NCBI GenBank assembly: GCA_029856125.1
Contig: JAHQWJ010000136.1
Span: 21,514 to 85,513 of the forward strand
Direction: 5' to 3'
DNA length: 64,000 bases
Origin: Promethearchaeia archaeon
Lineage (GTDB): Archaea; Asgardarchaeota; Lokiarchaeia; Sigyniarchaeales; SOKP01
A program made the translations under genes and the position numbers. This document shows, in pieces, positions 29,267 to 39,670 of the stretch. Each line of letters begins with the position of its first letter. Position 1 is the first letter of the stretch. Below the pieces are notes generated by a model. The model did no database searches and was not told the DNA's origin. It saw nothing but the letters and a program-made list of their open reading frames with translations.

Positions 29267-30403
29267 CTAAGCCGTTTCTTTGTTGTATGTTTGTAGGAGA
29301 GCGTTTGTTAAATACTCCGTTGCTTGAAATACTTGTTTTAATTCAACAAATTCGTCTATTTTATGAATATTGCTTGGATCTCCGGGGCCAAATATTACAA
29401 AAGGGACTGGCTTTTTGGGTTGAACAAGGACTGCAGTATCAGAAGCATAAGGTAATCCTATTATTTTAGACTTATTAATTTTCAATAAATTTTGAATAAA
29501 GGTGTGATTTAAATCAGTTTGAAGCGCTGGCAAACTGTGAGATACTTTTGTCTCCAGGGTGCATGGAGAAATCTGTATATTTTTCAAATTTCTCCTTAGT
29601 TTTTCTACATCTTGCTCAGGTATTAATCTATAATCAGCTGTTAGAGTAGTCTTATCAGGAACAATATTGATAGCATTACCCCCTTTAATTTTCCCTATAT
29701 TCAATGTAGATTTACCTAAGACCTTGTTTTCTTTTTCATCTAAGCAACTATAAAGAAGTGGAATTAATTTTAATGCGCCTTCAATGGAATTTATCCCTAA
29801 ATTTGGTGTAGATGAATGAGCAGATTTCCCCTGAATCTCTAAATTTATCCATAATAATCCCTTTTCAGCTATTCCTACATTCATATTTGTGGGTTCGCCA
29901 ACAATTAACAATATCGCATTTTTCATTATTCCTTTTCTGAAACATGTATAAGCACCAGTCATACCAGCTTCTTCATCAGCACTTCCAAGAAATACGAAAG
30001 TGTATTCATCCAACAACTGAAATTCTTCTTTTAGATTCAACATCGTTCCAATTAACATTGTTAAACCTGCTTTCATATCACTTGAACCTCGACCATACAA
30101 CTTTCCATCAACGATTTCTGCAGAAAACGGTGGATATTTCCATTTATTATGATCTCCAGCGGGTACAACATCAAAATGTCCTGATAAGATAATCTTTTTC
30201 TCTCCTGAGCCAATTGTGCTAATAAGGTTTTTAAGTTCAACGTTTTTTTTCTTAAATGGGATAATTTCGTTATGAAATCCCTCTTCTTCTTTGAACACTT
30301 CGGAAATTAAGTATTTAATAATGTGATCTGTTTTTCCAGGGGGATTTTCCGTTGGTATTTGGACTAAATTTTTTAGGATGGTTGTTAGATCGAGTTTTGA
30401 CAT
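29267..30403 (-). CDS. M20 family metallo-amidohydrolase (ArgE/DapE-like)
   Basis: GHFDVVP, GRGSSDMK, DEE, GEPT, H..DE. Confidence 0.9.
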   Translation of the reverse strand: MSKLDLTTILKNLVQIPTENPPGKTDHIIKYLISEVFKEEEGFHNEIIPFKKKNVELKNLISTIGSGEKKIILSGHFDVVPAGDHNKWKYPPFSAEIVDGKLYGRGSSDMKAGLTMLIGTMLNLKEEFQLLDEYTFVFLGSADEEAGMTGAYTCFRKGIMKNAILLIVGEPTNMNVGIAEKGLLWINLEIQGKSAHSSTPNLGINSIEGALKLIPLLYSCLDEKENKVLGKSTLNIGKIKGGNAINIVPDKTTLTADYRLIPEQDVEKLRRNLKNIQISPCTLETKVSHSLPALQTDLNHTFIQNLLKINKSKIIGLPYASDTAVLVQPKKPVPFVIFGPGDPSNIHKIDEFVELKQVFQATEYLTNALLQTYNKETA

Positions 30404-30697
30404 GGTTTTTTCATGCGATGATTTTCTTATATCATAACCTACACATAATCCACTTCAAATGGAGTTTTCGGCAACACTTCCGCCCCTCCCAATTAATCCT
30501 AATTTCATTCATTTTTAACTCCACAAAAATAGTATTTTCTTTTTAGTTTTCTGCTTATTATTTAATTTCATTATTTTAAAATTGTTATGATTTAGTTTAA
30601 ATACTAATATAAGTATAAAAAAAGAATTGCTTGTAGCTTATAAAAAATAAAAAGTACAATTGAAAAATAGAAATTGCTAGAAATTCTTTCTACTTTC

Positions 30698-32977
30698 TTA
30701 TTGATACAAGTTGGAATCGCTATCTTTTACTTTTTGGTCCTGAGCGAGTTGTTTTGCTAAATTTTCGTACTTATCAATAGTTTCTTTTTGTAGTGTTGAT
30801 CCTACTTTTGTAAGCGCTTCCTCAAAATGATGTAATTCAACAAAGTCAAAATCTTCCATCTTTTCTCTTATTGCTTGCATGCCTGCTTCTCTGCACAAAT
30901 TTTCTAGATCTGCTCCACTGTAGTCTTCTGTCATTAATGCTATGTTTTTCAAAGAAATACCTTCTTTAAGTGGCATATTTTTTGTATGAACTTCTAAAAT
31001 CTTAATTCTTCCTTCATAATCTGGAGCAACTACATATAGTAGTTTATCGATTCTTCCGGGTCGTAGTAGCGCAGGATCAACCAAATCAGGACGGTTAGTA
31101 CTAGCTATAATGACGATCCCGCTATTACTCTCGATCCCATCCATTTCAGTTAATAATTGGGTTATTACGGTGTCATAAACAGCTGATCCTTTCCATCCTC
31201 CTCGGCTGGTGGTAAGTGCTTCAATTTCATCAAAATATATAATGGAAGGGGCTAGTTCTCTGGCTTTTGCGAATATGCTCCTTATATTTTTTTCAGATTC
31301 ACCAACCCATTTTGACATTAGTTCTGGACCTTTAACAGTTATAACATTCGATTGCGTTTCGCTCGCTACAGCTTCTGCTAATAGTGTTTTTCCACAACCA
31401 GGAGGACCAAAAAGAAGAATACCCCCAACAGAACGAATTCCCGCCTTCTTGAACAGCTTTGGATGTTTTAACGGCCATTCAACAGCTTCCTTTAACTCTT
31501 GTTTTATTTCATCCAATCCACCAACATCATCCCATGAAACCTCGGGAATTTCTGTAAGATACTCTCTTAAGGCAGATGGTTTTATTTCTTTTAATGCTTT
31601 TAGAAAATTGTCATCTTTAACAAATAATTTTTGAATAGTCTCATTCGGTACCGGTTCGTCAATATTAATTTCAGGTAAAATATCTCTAATAGCATCCATA
31701 GCGGCTTCTCGAACGAAAGCCATAATATCTGCTCCAACAAAACCGTGAGTAATTTCAGAATAGTAATCAATATCCACATCAGCTTCCATTGGCATTCCCC
31801 GCGTGTGAATTTTAAAAATTTCATTCCTCCCTTTTTTATCCGGAATTCTAAATCTTATTTCAGTATCAAACCGTCCTGGCCTTCGTAAGGCAGGATCAAT
31901 CGCATCAATTCGATTTGTAGCACCGATAACTATTACACCTTCTCTACCCTTCATCCCGTCAAGCAGAGTAAGTAGCTGAGATACAACCCGTCTTTCAACT
32001 TCTCCTGTAACTTCACTTCTTTTAGGGGCGATCGCATCGAGCTCATCTATAAATATTATTGCAGGTGCGTTACTTTCAGCTCGATCAAAAAAACCTTTTA
32101 AATTCCTCTCGCTATCTCCGTAGAATTTACTCATAATTTCAGGTCCATTTATTATGAAAAAATAAGCGTCCGCCTCTTGAGAAACAGCTTTAGCCATTAA
32201 AGTTTTTCCCGTACCAGGAGGACCATAAAAGAGAACTCCTTTTGGAGGTTCAATATTCAATCTCTGAAATAATTCAGGATGTCTGATAGGTAATTCCACC
32301 ACTTCTCTGATCCTTTGAATTTGGTCAGTTAAACCTCCAACATCGTCATATGTAATAATTTCACCCGAAATATTAAGTAATGCTATCTTTTTATTTATTT
32401 TTATCCTTGTGTCTCGTGTAAATCTAACAACCTCATTATTAGGTTTGGTATTTAAGACAATTAATCTTAATGGTCCTAAGGTTGGTCTTTTTGTACTCCC
32501 TCCCATATTAAACATTTTCATAAATCCATTCATAGGGTTATTGTTTTGATCAGTTCTAATTATAGCTCCAGGAACATCAATAATATCTCCAGCCACAAGA
32601 GGTTTATCAATCAATTTCCCTTTTATTAAGTCAGCTTGTTTTTTAATATCGTAAATTGCCTTAGTTGGGGCAAGTTCTATTTCTCTAGCTGGTGAAGCAA
32701 GTGTGGGTTGTATTGTTATGAATTCTCCAATAGTAGATCCTAAATTTTTTCTTTGAATTCCATCTATTCTAATAATTCCTTCTCCTTTGTCAGCAAAACT
32801 CGCTACAACAATACCCGCAGTTTTCTTCTTGCCAATTAATTCTACAATATCACCAGTAGATAATCCCAGATTATCCAATACAGTCTGATCTATATAGCAT
32901 AAACTTCTTCCACTACGGCTTGGTTCTAATCTTTCTACTCTTAATTTTGCTGTTCTTTTTACGCTTTCTTTACTCAT
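30698..32977 (-). CDS. cdc48: CDC48/VAT-family AAA+ ATPase
   Basis: N-domain plus two AAA modules (GPPGTGKT, GPPGCGKT), DPALRRPGRFD. Confidence 0.95.
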   Translation of the reverse strand: MSKESVKRTAKLRVERLEPSRSGRSLCYIDQTVLDNLGLSTGDIVELIGKKKTAGIVVASFADKGEGIIRIDGIQRKNLGSTIGEFITIQPTLASPAREIELAPTKAIYDIKKQADLIKGKLIDKPLVAGDIIDVPGAIIRTDQNNNPMNGFMKMFNMGGSTKRPTLGPLRLIVLNTKPNNEVVRFTRDTRIKINKKIALLNISGEIITYDDVGGLTDQIQRIREVVELPIRHPELFQRLNIEPPKGVLFYGPPGTGKTLMAKAVSQEADAYFFIINGPEIMSKFYGDSERNLKGFFDRAESNAPAIIFIDELDAIAPKRSEVTGEVERRVVSQLLTLLDGMKGREGVIVIGATNRIDAIDPALRRPGRFDTEIRFRIPDKKGRNEIFKIHTRGMPMEADVDIDYYSEITHGFVGADIMAFVREAAMDAIRDILPEINIDEPVPNETIQKLFVKDDNFLKALKEIKPSALREYLTEIPEVSWDDVGGLDEIKQELKEAVEWPLKHPKLFKKAGIRSVGGILLFGPPGCGKTLLAEAVASETQSNVITVKGPELMSKWVGESEKNIRSIFAKARELAPSIIYFDEIEALTTSRGGWKGSAVYDTVITQLLTEMDGIESNSGIVIIASTNRPDLVDPALLRPGRIDKLLYVVAPDYEGRIKILEVHTKNMPLKEGISLKNIALMTEDYSGADLENLCREAGMQAIREKMEDFDFVELHHFEEALTKVGSTLQKETIDKYENLAKQLAQDQKVKDSDSNLYQ

Positions 32978-33158
32978 TTTTTTCAAATTCTTTTTCTTTT
33001 CTACTCTAAAAGAAATAATGATACTTTATTTTCTTTTGCTTTATTTATTATAATGAGTCAGATTATCTCATTTTATGGATTCTAAGAGTTGTAGCTCATT
33101 AAATATTGTTTAAAAACCATATTTGAAGGTTTCAATGCTTTTACGGAAATTAAAAACT

Positions 33159-33944
33159 TTAGCCTTTTAGCTTCTTGTCTAAAAATAATTTAAAATCTAC
33201 TAATATTTTTTTAATATCAAACTCTTCATCTGATCTACTTTTTATAAATGCTTTCCTATATTCCAAAATTGCTTTTTTTGAAACATGATATTTTGGATTT
33301 TTTAATAGTTCGCCAACAAATTTACGCGTAATTAAATCTAACTCTTCCCGAATTGAAGTGGAATGTTTATATTGTAATGGTTCTTTAATTTCTTTTCGCT
33401 CTTGAAGATTTAAAGCTATTTTGTTGCTTAATATCTTTATAAATTGAATTTCATCCTTAGTTTGGGTAATATCGAAAGTTTCGAATGGTGTATCCCATTT
33501 ATATTTATCAAAGTTGTCGAATTTATTGTAAATATTTTTAATAACTTTGTTAGGTATAGATTTTCCTCTTTCTTTATTCCTTTTAATACAAAGTTTAAGT
33601 GGTGTTGAGATATGTATAATATAGAATTTAATGTTTAAACTATCGGCAATTAATTTTAAATCGTGACGCATGCTTGAATAGTAATTTAAGTCGTCATTGA
33701 TAACAATATATCCCTTTTTAAGGTGCATTCTTACTGACTGTATGTTTTTTTCTCGTATTTGGGGCTCATTTTTAAAATCAAAACTGGTTGGAAAAGCCTC
33801 GTCTCTTATTATGTCGGGATCGATAATTTCTACTTTATTTTGAAAATCTGACTCCAATTTTTCCTTTAGTTTAAATGCAAAAGTAGTTTTTCCCGATGCT
33901 GGTAATCCTACTAGAATAATTAGAAAGTTTGATTTACTGTTCAA
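33159..33944 (-). CDS. pstK: O-phosphoseryl-tRNA(Sec) kinase (PSTK/KTI12 family)
   Basis: GLPASGKT, D.IR, DDLNYYSSMR, RN.ERG..IPN.VI...Y.KFD, YKWD.P match archaeal PSTK. Confidence 0.85.
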   Translation of the reverse strand: MNSKSNFLIILVGLPASGKTTFAFKLKEKLESDFQNKVEIIDPDIIRDEAFPTSFDFKNEPQIREKNIQSVRMHLKKGYIVINDDLNYYSSMRHDLKLIADSLNIKFYIIHISTPLKLCIKRNKERGKSIPNKVIKNIYNKFDNFDKYKWDTPFETFDITQTKDEIQFIKILSNKIALNLQERKEIKEPLQYKHSTSIREELDLITRKFVGELLKNPKYHVSKKAILEYRKAFIKSRSDEEFDIKKILVDFKLFLDKKLKG

Positions 33945-34218
33945 CTAGATCATCTTCATTAAAAGTTCTTATAAGCTGAAATTTTTGTTTTCTCGTAAAA
34001 GTTTTGATTTCTAATTCTCTTTTCATAGCCATTCCTCTTTCTCCAAAAGTTTCAAAATACTTAAGTCTTATACTCTTTTTACCTCGACAAAATTTAGCGC
34101 CGGTCCCCTTTTTGTGTTCTTCTAATCTTCTTTGCAGATTATTAGTATACCCCGTGTAGAATCTCTTTTTATTATTCTTCGCAATCGTTTCTAAAATATA
34201 CACATAATAAAGGGACAT
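33934..34218 (-). CDS. GIY-YIG nuclease (UPF0213-like)
   Basis: YYVYIL...YTGYTNNLQRRLEEH..G.GAKF...A.KRE..IK. Confidence 0.88.
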   Translation of the reverse strand: MSLYYVYILETIAKNNKKRFYTGYTNNLQRRLEEHKKGTGAKFCRGKKSIRLKYFETFGERGMAMKRELEIKTFTRKQKFQLIRTFNEDDLVEQ

Positions 34219-34439
34219 AGCAGAATCACTATTTGTAAGATAATTTTTCAACTATTTATTTTTTTTGGCAAAACTATCGCATTTTTTCCATATTAAAAGA
34301 AAATCTAAATATCCACATTGCATATTTTGTTATTACCAAATTAATCTACTAAAAATTAAATTTATTAATAAGAACTTTTATAATTTTTAATGGAAGTGTT
34401 AAGTTTTTTAGGTGAGTTACTTTTCCTCTAGGTATTTGT

Positions 34440-35057
34440 TTGATTAAGTGGGATGTTGTTCTTGGTGGAAATATATACATGAAGTTTCCGGAACATTTAG
34501 AGATTCTGGATAATGTAGTGCAACAAATCCAAATTTCACACAATTTTATTGAATCCTACATTACTATTGAAGAAAAAAATTGGAACTCAATTTCCTACTA
34601 TAACGAAAATAGGGAAATAATCATCGTATTAGTATTAGATAAGTACGATGACGGTTCAGATTACACTGTTATATTAGATGAATTTAAAAGAGAGCTCGAG
34701 TTAGAACTAAGCGAAACTGAGCTTAAAAACCACTTGGAAAGAATCTATAACTTATCTTTAAATGTGTTTAGAACTCGAGATGAAGTAATAGGGAAATTAA
34801 GCAATCAAGTCGCTCAACTAAAAACTATGGAATACGACTTGAAAAAACGGTTTGAGAAGATCGCTAGAGCAGACCATCTTAAAGTAAAAAGCAAAATCCA
34901 ATTCTTGTTAGCTGTAAATAACGAAATGAAGCATAAAGACCTATATAAAGTGATTGACACTAGCAAAAATTGGTTAGATAAGGTCTTAGAAACTCTTAAA
35001 AAGAACAAGATAATTGGATATAATGAAACAAAGGATACATATTACCTTATTATTTGA
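34440..35057 (+). CDS. Hypothetical protein: longin/uDENN-like N-terminus, coiled coil, C-terminal winged helix
   Basis: IKWD...GG.I..K.P start, heptad region, C-terminal HTH-wing (KHKDLYKVIDTSKNWLDKVLETLKKNKIIGY). True start may be slightly upstream. Confidence 0.6.
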   Translation: MIKWDVVLGGNIYMKFPEHLEILDNVVQQIQISHNFIESYITIEEKNWNSISYYNENREIIIVLVLDKYDDGSDYTVILDEFKRELELELSETELKNHLERIYNLSLNVFRTRDEVIGKLSNQVAQLKTMEYDLKKRFEKIARADHLKVKSKIQFLLAVNNEMKHKDLYKVIDTSKNWLDKVLETLKKNKIIGYNETKDTYYLII

Positions 35058-35155
35058 ATATCTTGAATGGCAGTTTTATAAAGAATTACATTATTAAAAT
35101 TGTTATTATTTTTAGTATTATTAATTTATAATTATAATTTTTAATAGTAGCTGAA

Positions 35156-36295
35156 TTGATAATGAACATTTCAGAAGAAGAACAGCAAGAAGTTCTAAAA
35201 GTAATGAAATCTCAGATGCTAACACTATTACATGGTGAGTTTGTCAGGAAATTCGAAGAGGAATTCGCTCGTTATATTGGTGTAAAGCATGCTATAGCAG
35301 TCAATACTGGTACAGCAGCACTTCACATGTCTATTGCAGCGTTAAATATTGGTCCAGGAGATGAGGTTATTGTCCCTCCTTTTACATTTATCGCGAGTGC
35401 AAGTTCAATACTACACAATAATGCCATACCTATTTTTGCAGATATTGACGATAAATCTTATACCTTAGATCCCAATTCTGTAAGGAATAAAATTACTGAG
35501 AAAACCAAAGCAATTATACCAGTTCATTTAGCCGGAATTAGTGCTGATATGAGCGAACTTATGGATATTGCAGGCGATAGTGGAATACATGTAATTGAGG
35601 ATGCCGCACAATCTATTGGAACGCGATGTAATAATAAAAAAGTTGGTTCTATAGGGCATCTCGGTTGTTTTAGCTTCTACCCCTCTAAGAATATAACTAC
35701 GGGAGAAGGTGGGATGGTCACTACTAATGATGACGAATTAGCTGAACAATGTCGATTACTCAGACATCACGGCGAACCAGAATGGTATGTGTACAATAGA
35801 TTAGGATATAACTATAGGATGACGGAAATTCAAGCCGCGATTGGGAGAGTCCAACTAAAGAAAATAGAATCTTTTATCAGTGTTAGGAACAAGAATGCCA
35901 AATATCTCTCAAAAGCAACTTCCAATTTGAAAGGTATTACTCCTCCTTTTGTTCCTGAATATTGTGAACCCGCGTTTAATTATTGGATTGGAAGGTTAGA
36001 TCCTGATGTCTTAGGAATTACAAAAACTCAATTCCTAGAAAGAGTTCCAAGGAGTAAAGTTCTATATCCAAAACCTCTTTATAAAACAAAGTTATTCCAA
36101 AAAAAAAAAGCGTACTCAAAAGGATGTCCTTGGTCGTGCCCTTTCTATGATAAAGAAATAAATTATAATGATATTTATTTACCAATAGTAGAGAAAGCAA
36201 CTCAAGAAATATTTGCTTTAGATATCCATCCAGAAATATCTAAGGAATCCCTTGATGAAAACATCAAAATTATGAAAAAAATTTCAGAAAATTAA
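35156..36295 (+). CDS. DegT/DnrJ/EryC1/StrS aminotransferase
   Basis: NTGTAALH, EDAAQS, SFYPSKNITTGEGG, GYNYRM. Confidence 0.93.
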   Translation: MIMNISEEEQQEVLKVMKSQMLTLLHGEFVRKFEEEFARYIGVKHAIAVNTGTAALHMSIAALNIGPGDEVIVPPFTFIASASSILHNNAIPIFADIDDKSYTLDPNSVRNKITEKTKAIIPVHLAGISADMSELMDIAGDSGIHVIEDAAQSIGTRCNNKKVGSIGHLGCFSFYPSKNITTGEGGMVTTNDDELAEQCRLLRHHGEPEWYVYNRLGYNYRMTEIQAAIGRVQLKKIESFISVRNKNAKYLSKATSNLKGITPPFVPEYCEPAFNYWIGRLDPDVLGITKTQFLERVPRSKVLYPKPLYKTKLFQKKKAYSKGCPWSCPFYDKEINYNDIYLPIVEKATQEIFALDIHPEISKESLDENIKIMKKISEN

Positions 36296-36374
36296 CAATA
36301 AAATTCTTTTTTTTTATGAAGATATTACAGGGATATTATTACAGATGATAAATAATATTTCGATATTATAGATT

Positions 36375-36728
36375 ATGTCATTGTTTTTAAAGAGGAATAA
36401 ATTTCTCCAAATATTCCACAATATCAGCAATAGTAAGATTAGACACAGAGGACCATTAATTTTAAGATTGTACGGACTGTTAAATGAGTTAGACTTCTCA
36501 AACGAAAATCGGTTCATTCTTTGTAACTTTATCGACCAAAATAGTGAGCTTTTCAGTTTAAGTAGAGATATTTACGAGATTAATAATGATGTATCTTTAA
36601 AACAATTGTTTCTATTCGCTTATAGTAAAGCTAGGATCAACAACCTTATACCAAATCTTTATTCTGAATATATTAATTCCATAAATGCTATATCTCAAAA
36701 AATAGATACTCAATCAGATCTATCTTAA
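36375..36728 (+). CDS. Hypothetical protein
   Basis: 117-aa ORF directly upstream of a small GTPase; no family recognised. Confidence 0.55.
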   Translation: MSLFLKRNKFLQIFHNISNSKIRHRGPLILRLYGLLNELDFSNENRFILCNFIDQNSELFSLSRDIYEINNDVSLKQLFLFAYSKARINNLIPNLYSEYINSINAISQKIDTQSDLS

Positions 36729-36854
36729 ATCTCATTTATAGATTTAAAAATATCAATTAAATATAATTATAGGTCCTAAAATTAAGACACAATTATTAAA
36801 AATGATAATTATTATTATGAATGTAATACAAGTTAATTGTTAAACTGAACAATC

Positions 36855-37379
36855 ATGAGTATCGAAGCGAATTATATTGTGAAGATATGTTTACTCGGAG
36901 AAGCTAATGTTGGTAAAACTTCATTAGTGTATAGATTTATCGAAAATAAATTTAGAGGAAATTACAAATCTACCCTTGGGGTAAACCTTTTAAAGAAAGA
37001 TATGAAAATTGAAGGATATGGGGATGTCTCTGCACAAATCTGGGATTTGGGAGGTCAAGAAAGTTTCAAAAGTCTTCGCAAGTTGTATTTAGAAGGTGCT
37101 AATGGGGCATTAATTATATACGACTGCAATAAAAGAAGTTCTTTTGAAAAACTTTACGACTGGATTCAAGATTTCAAGGATGCTAGGGGAGACGAACCTC
37201 TGCTTTTAATTGGAAATAAAAATGATTTAACTGATAATATTAAAATAGAAGAAAGTGAAGCTTTGGAACTAGCGAAAAGCTTTAACATGGAATTTATATC
37301 CACATCTGCAAAAACAGGTGCTAATGTCGAAGAAGCCTTTTTAAAGGTTTTAAAGACAATTCTTGATAAGAGTTTATAG
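36855..37379 (+). CDS. Rab/Ras-like small GTPase
   Basis: GEANVGKT, YKSTLG, WDLGGQE, NKND, TSAK. Confidence 0.95.
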   Translation: MSIEANYIVKICLLGEANVGKTSLVYRFIENKFRGNYKSTLGVNLLKKDMKIEGYGDVSAQIWDLGGQESFKSLRKLYLEGANGALIIYDCNKRSSFEKLYDWIQDFKDARGDEPLLLIGNKNDLTDNIKIEESEALELAKSFNMEFISTSAKTGANVEEAFLKVLKTILDKSL

Positions 37380-37560
37380 CATACGCCTTTTAGTTTATGT
37401 ATCAATAAATTTCGTCATTATTTTTAATAAAAAATCGCTAAATTCTATAGCTATTTATAAATGCCTTTATAAATAAAAAATCATTTATAAAGAAATACCC
37501 TTTTTTAAGAATTTAATTTTCTTAATTAGTCAATATCATATTTATTAAGTTTGATGTAAG

Positions 37561-38232
37561 ATGGCAAAAAAAGTTAAACGAGTTGAGGAAGAAGTCGAGG
37601 AAGAAAAAACCCATGACGAGGCAAGCGAAATCGAAAAAAGGGAAGGTTTAGATTATAAAATTGAGAATGTAGTTGCAACTGTCGTCGTTGAAATCACAGA
37701 AAAGATCGATTTAAATATAATTGCCCGCAAACACGCAGATGTTGAATATAACCCCGAAAGATTTCCTGGTTTAGTTATGAGAATTGAGAAACCGAAGGCA
37801 ACTATCTTAATTTTTTCGACTGGCAAAATGGTGGTTACGGGTTTAAGAAAAGCAACTGAAGCCGGACGAGTAGTAGAGAAAGTAGTAAAAAATATTCGAA
37901 AAGCAGGGATAATAGTATCTAATCCCGAAATTACGATTCAAAATATTGTAGCTAGTGGAGATTTACACACTAATATAGATTTAAATATGGCAGCTATCGT
38001 TATGGAATACGCTATGTATGAGCCAGAAGTATTTCCCGGTTTGATCTATAGAATGCAAGAACCTAAAACGGTTTTCTTAATTTTCAGCACGGGTAGGATA
38101 GTTTGTACAGGAGCAAAGAAGAAAGAAATAGTTAAAGAAGCAGTGAAGAAATTAAATAAGGAAGTACGCGATTTAGGCGTAGCGAAAAAGGACTTAGGAA
38201 ATCCCGATTACCAAGATATTACTTTTATTTAA
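37561..38232 (+). CDS. tbp: TATA-box binding protein, copy 1
   Basis: IENVVAT, YNPERFPGL, LIFSTGK, IQNIVAS, YEPEVFPGL. Confidence 0.97.
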   Translation: MAKKVKRVEEEVEEEKTHDEASEIEKREGLDYKIENVVATVVVEITEKIDLNIIARKHADVEYNPERFPGLVMRIEKPKATILIFSTGKMVVTGLRKATEAGRVVEKVVKNIRKAGIIVSNPEITIQNIVASGDLHTNIDLNMAAIVMEYAMYEPEVFPGLIYRMQEPKTVFLIFSTGRIVCTGAKKKEIVKEAVKKLNKEVRDLGVAKKDLGNPDYQDITFI

Positions 38233-38316
38233 CCACATATATAAAAAAAACCCATTCTAAAAAGAAATTAAATTTCATAATTAGCATAAAATTTTATTTA
38301 CTAAGTTTGATGTAGC

Positions 38317-38973
38317 ATGACAGAAGAAAAGGAAGAAGTAATCGAAGAAGAAGAAATCGAAGAAGATGAAATCAAAGCCGAGGAAGGTTTAGATTACAAA
38401 ATTGAGAATGTAGTTGCGACTGTCGTCGTTGAAATCACAGAAAAAATCGATTTAAATATAATTGCCCGCAAACACACAGATGTTGAATATAATCCCGAAA
38501 GATTTCCAGGATTAGTTATGAGAATTCTAAAACCAAAAGCAACTATCTTAATTTTCTCGACGGGAAAGATGGTAGTTACCGGTATGCGTAAAGCTTCAGA
38601 AGCTGATAGGGTTGTGGAGAAAGTGTTAAAGAATATTCGAAAAGCAGGGATAAAAGTATCCAATCCCGAGATTACGATTCAAAATATTGTAGCTAGTGGA
38701 GATTTACACACTAATATTGATTTAAATATGGCAGCTATCGTTATGGAATACGCTATGTATGAGCCAGAAGTATTTCCCGGTTTGATCTATAGAATGCAAG
38801 AACCTAAAACGGTTTTCTTAATTTTCAGCACGGGTAGGATAGTTTGTACAGGAGCAAAGAAGAAAGAAATAGTTAAAGAAGCAGTTAAGAAATTGAATAA
38901 GGAAGTACGCGATTTAGGTGTAGCGAAAAAGGACTTAGGAAATCCCGACTACCAAGATATTACTTTTATTTAA
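38317..38973 (+). CDS. tbp: TATA-box binding protein, copy 2
   Basis: Same motifs; tandem paralog of copy 1. Confidence 0.97.
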   Translation: MTEEKEEVIEEEEIEEDEIKAEEGLDYKIENVVATVVVEITEKIDLNIIARKHTDVEYNPERFPGLVMRILKPKATILIFSTGKMVVTGMRKASEADRVVEKVLKNIRKAGIKVSNPEITIQNIVASGDLHTNIDLNMAAIVMEYAMYEPEVFPGLIYRMQEPKTVFLIFSTGRIVCTGAKKKEIVKEAVKKLNKEVRDLGVAKKDLGNPDYQDITFI

Positions 38974-39157
38974 TAACTTTTATTTTTTTTAAGGATACTC
39001 GCTTTTTTTAAAGTTGTAATGGATATAATTCTAATTCTATCAATATTTTAATCCAGATAAAGATTATAAATACTCTTATTACTTAATTGCTAAGCCTATC
39101 TATTTTTTAAAACACCTAATTCGGATTGGAAATTATTGAAAGATAAGGGCCTGAAAA

Positions 39158-39637
39158 TTAGTCTTTTTGAAACACAATCATAAATTCACAATGATCTTTA
39201 CCTGATTGTAAGCTACAATCTACCTCTTGTGCAAAACAATGATTATTTGTCATTTTTTCAACGAGTCCAGCTAATAAGCCTGCTTCGAATGAACAAAAGC
39301 TTCCTTCTGTTCTTATACCTTTATTAATGAGATCCTTTATTGAAGAATGCCCTTTAAGTTTTAATTGCACAATTTCTTCGGTACTTTCTGTAATCTCGAC
39401 ATCGCCTAGGTTAAATTCAAAGATTTTTTCTTTTAAGGCATTAGGGATATTTTTTACATCATCAATTTGTTTAACTTTTAGAATTGTTCCTAATTCGTGG
39501 CCTAAATAGTAGAAAATAGCTTCTAACTGATGACCTAGAGCTAACAAAGCTCCTACTTTCATATCTCCAATCTCTTTTCCACCTTTCAAATGTTTCCTCA
39601 TTTGGACTAAAATTTTTGAAAGCAATTGTCTATCCAT
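39158..39637 (-). CDS. V4R domain protein
   Basis: YYLGHELG...CSFEAGLLAGLVE......FAQEVDCSLQSGKDHCEF, a canonical V4R signature. Confidence 0.85.
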   Translation of the reverse strand: MDRQLLSKILVQMRKHLKGGKEIGDMKVGALLALGHQLEAIFYYLGHELGTILKVKQIDDVKNIPNALKEKIFEFNLGDVEITESTEEIVQLKLKGHSSIKDLINKGIRTEGSFCSFEAGLLAGLVEKMTNNHCFAQEVDCSLQSGKDHCEFMIVFQKD

Positions 39638-39670
39638 TTTTTTATTCTCACTCTCTTTCTTTAATTTGTA

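Noticed and set aside
33934-34218. GIY-YIG protein as a homing endonuclease or mobile element
   Set aside because: Short stand-alone UPF0213-type domain with no intron/intein context or flanking repeats
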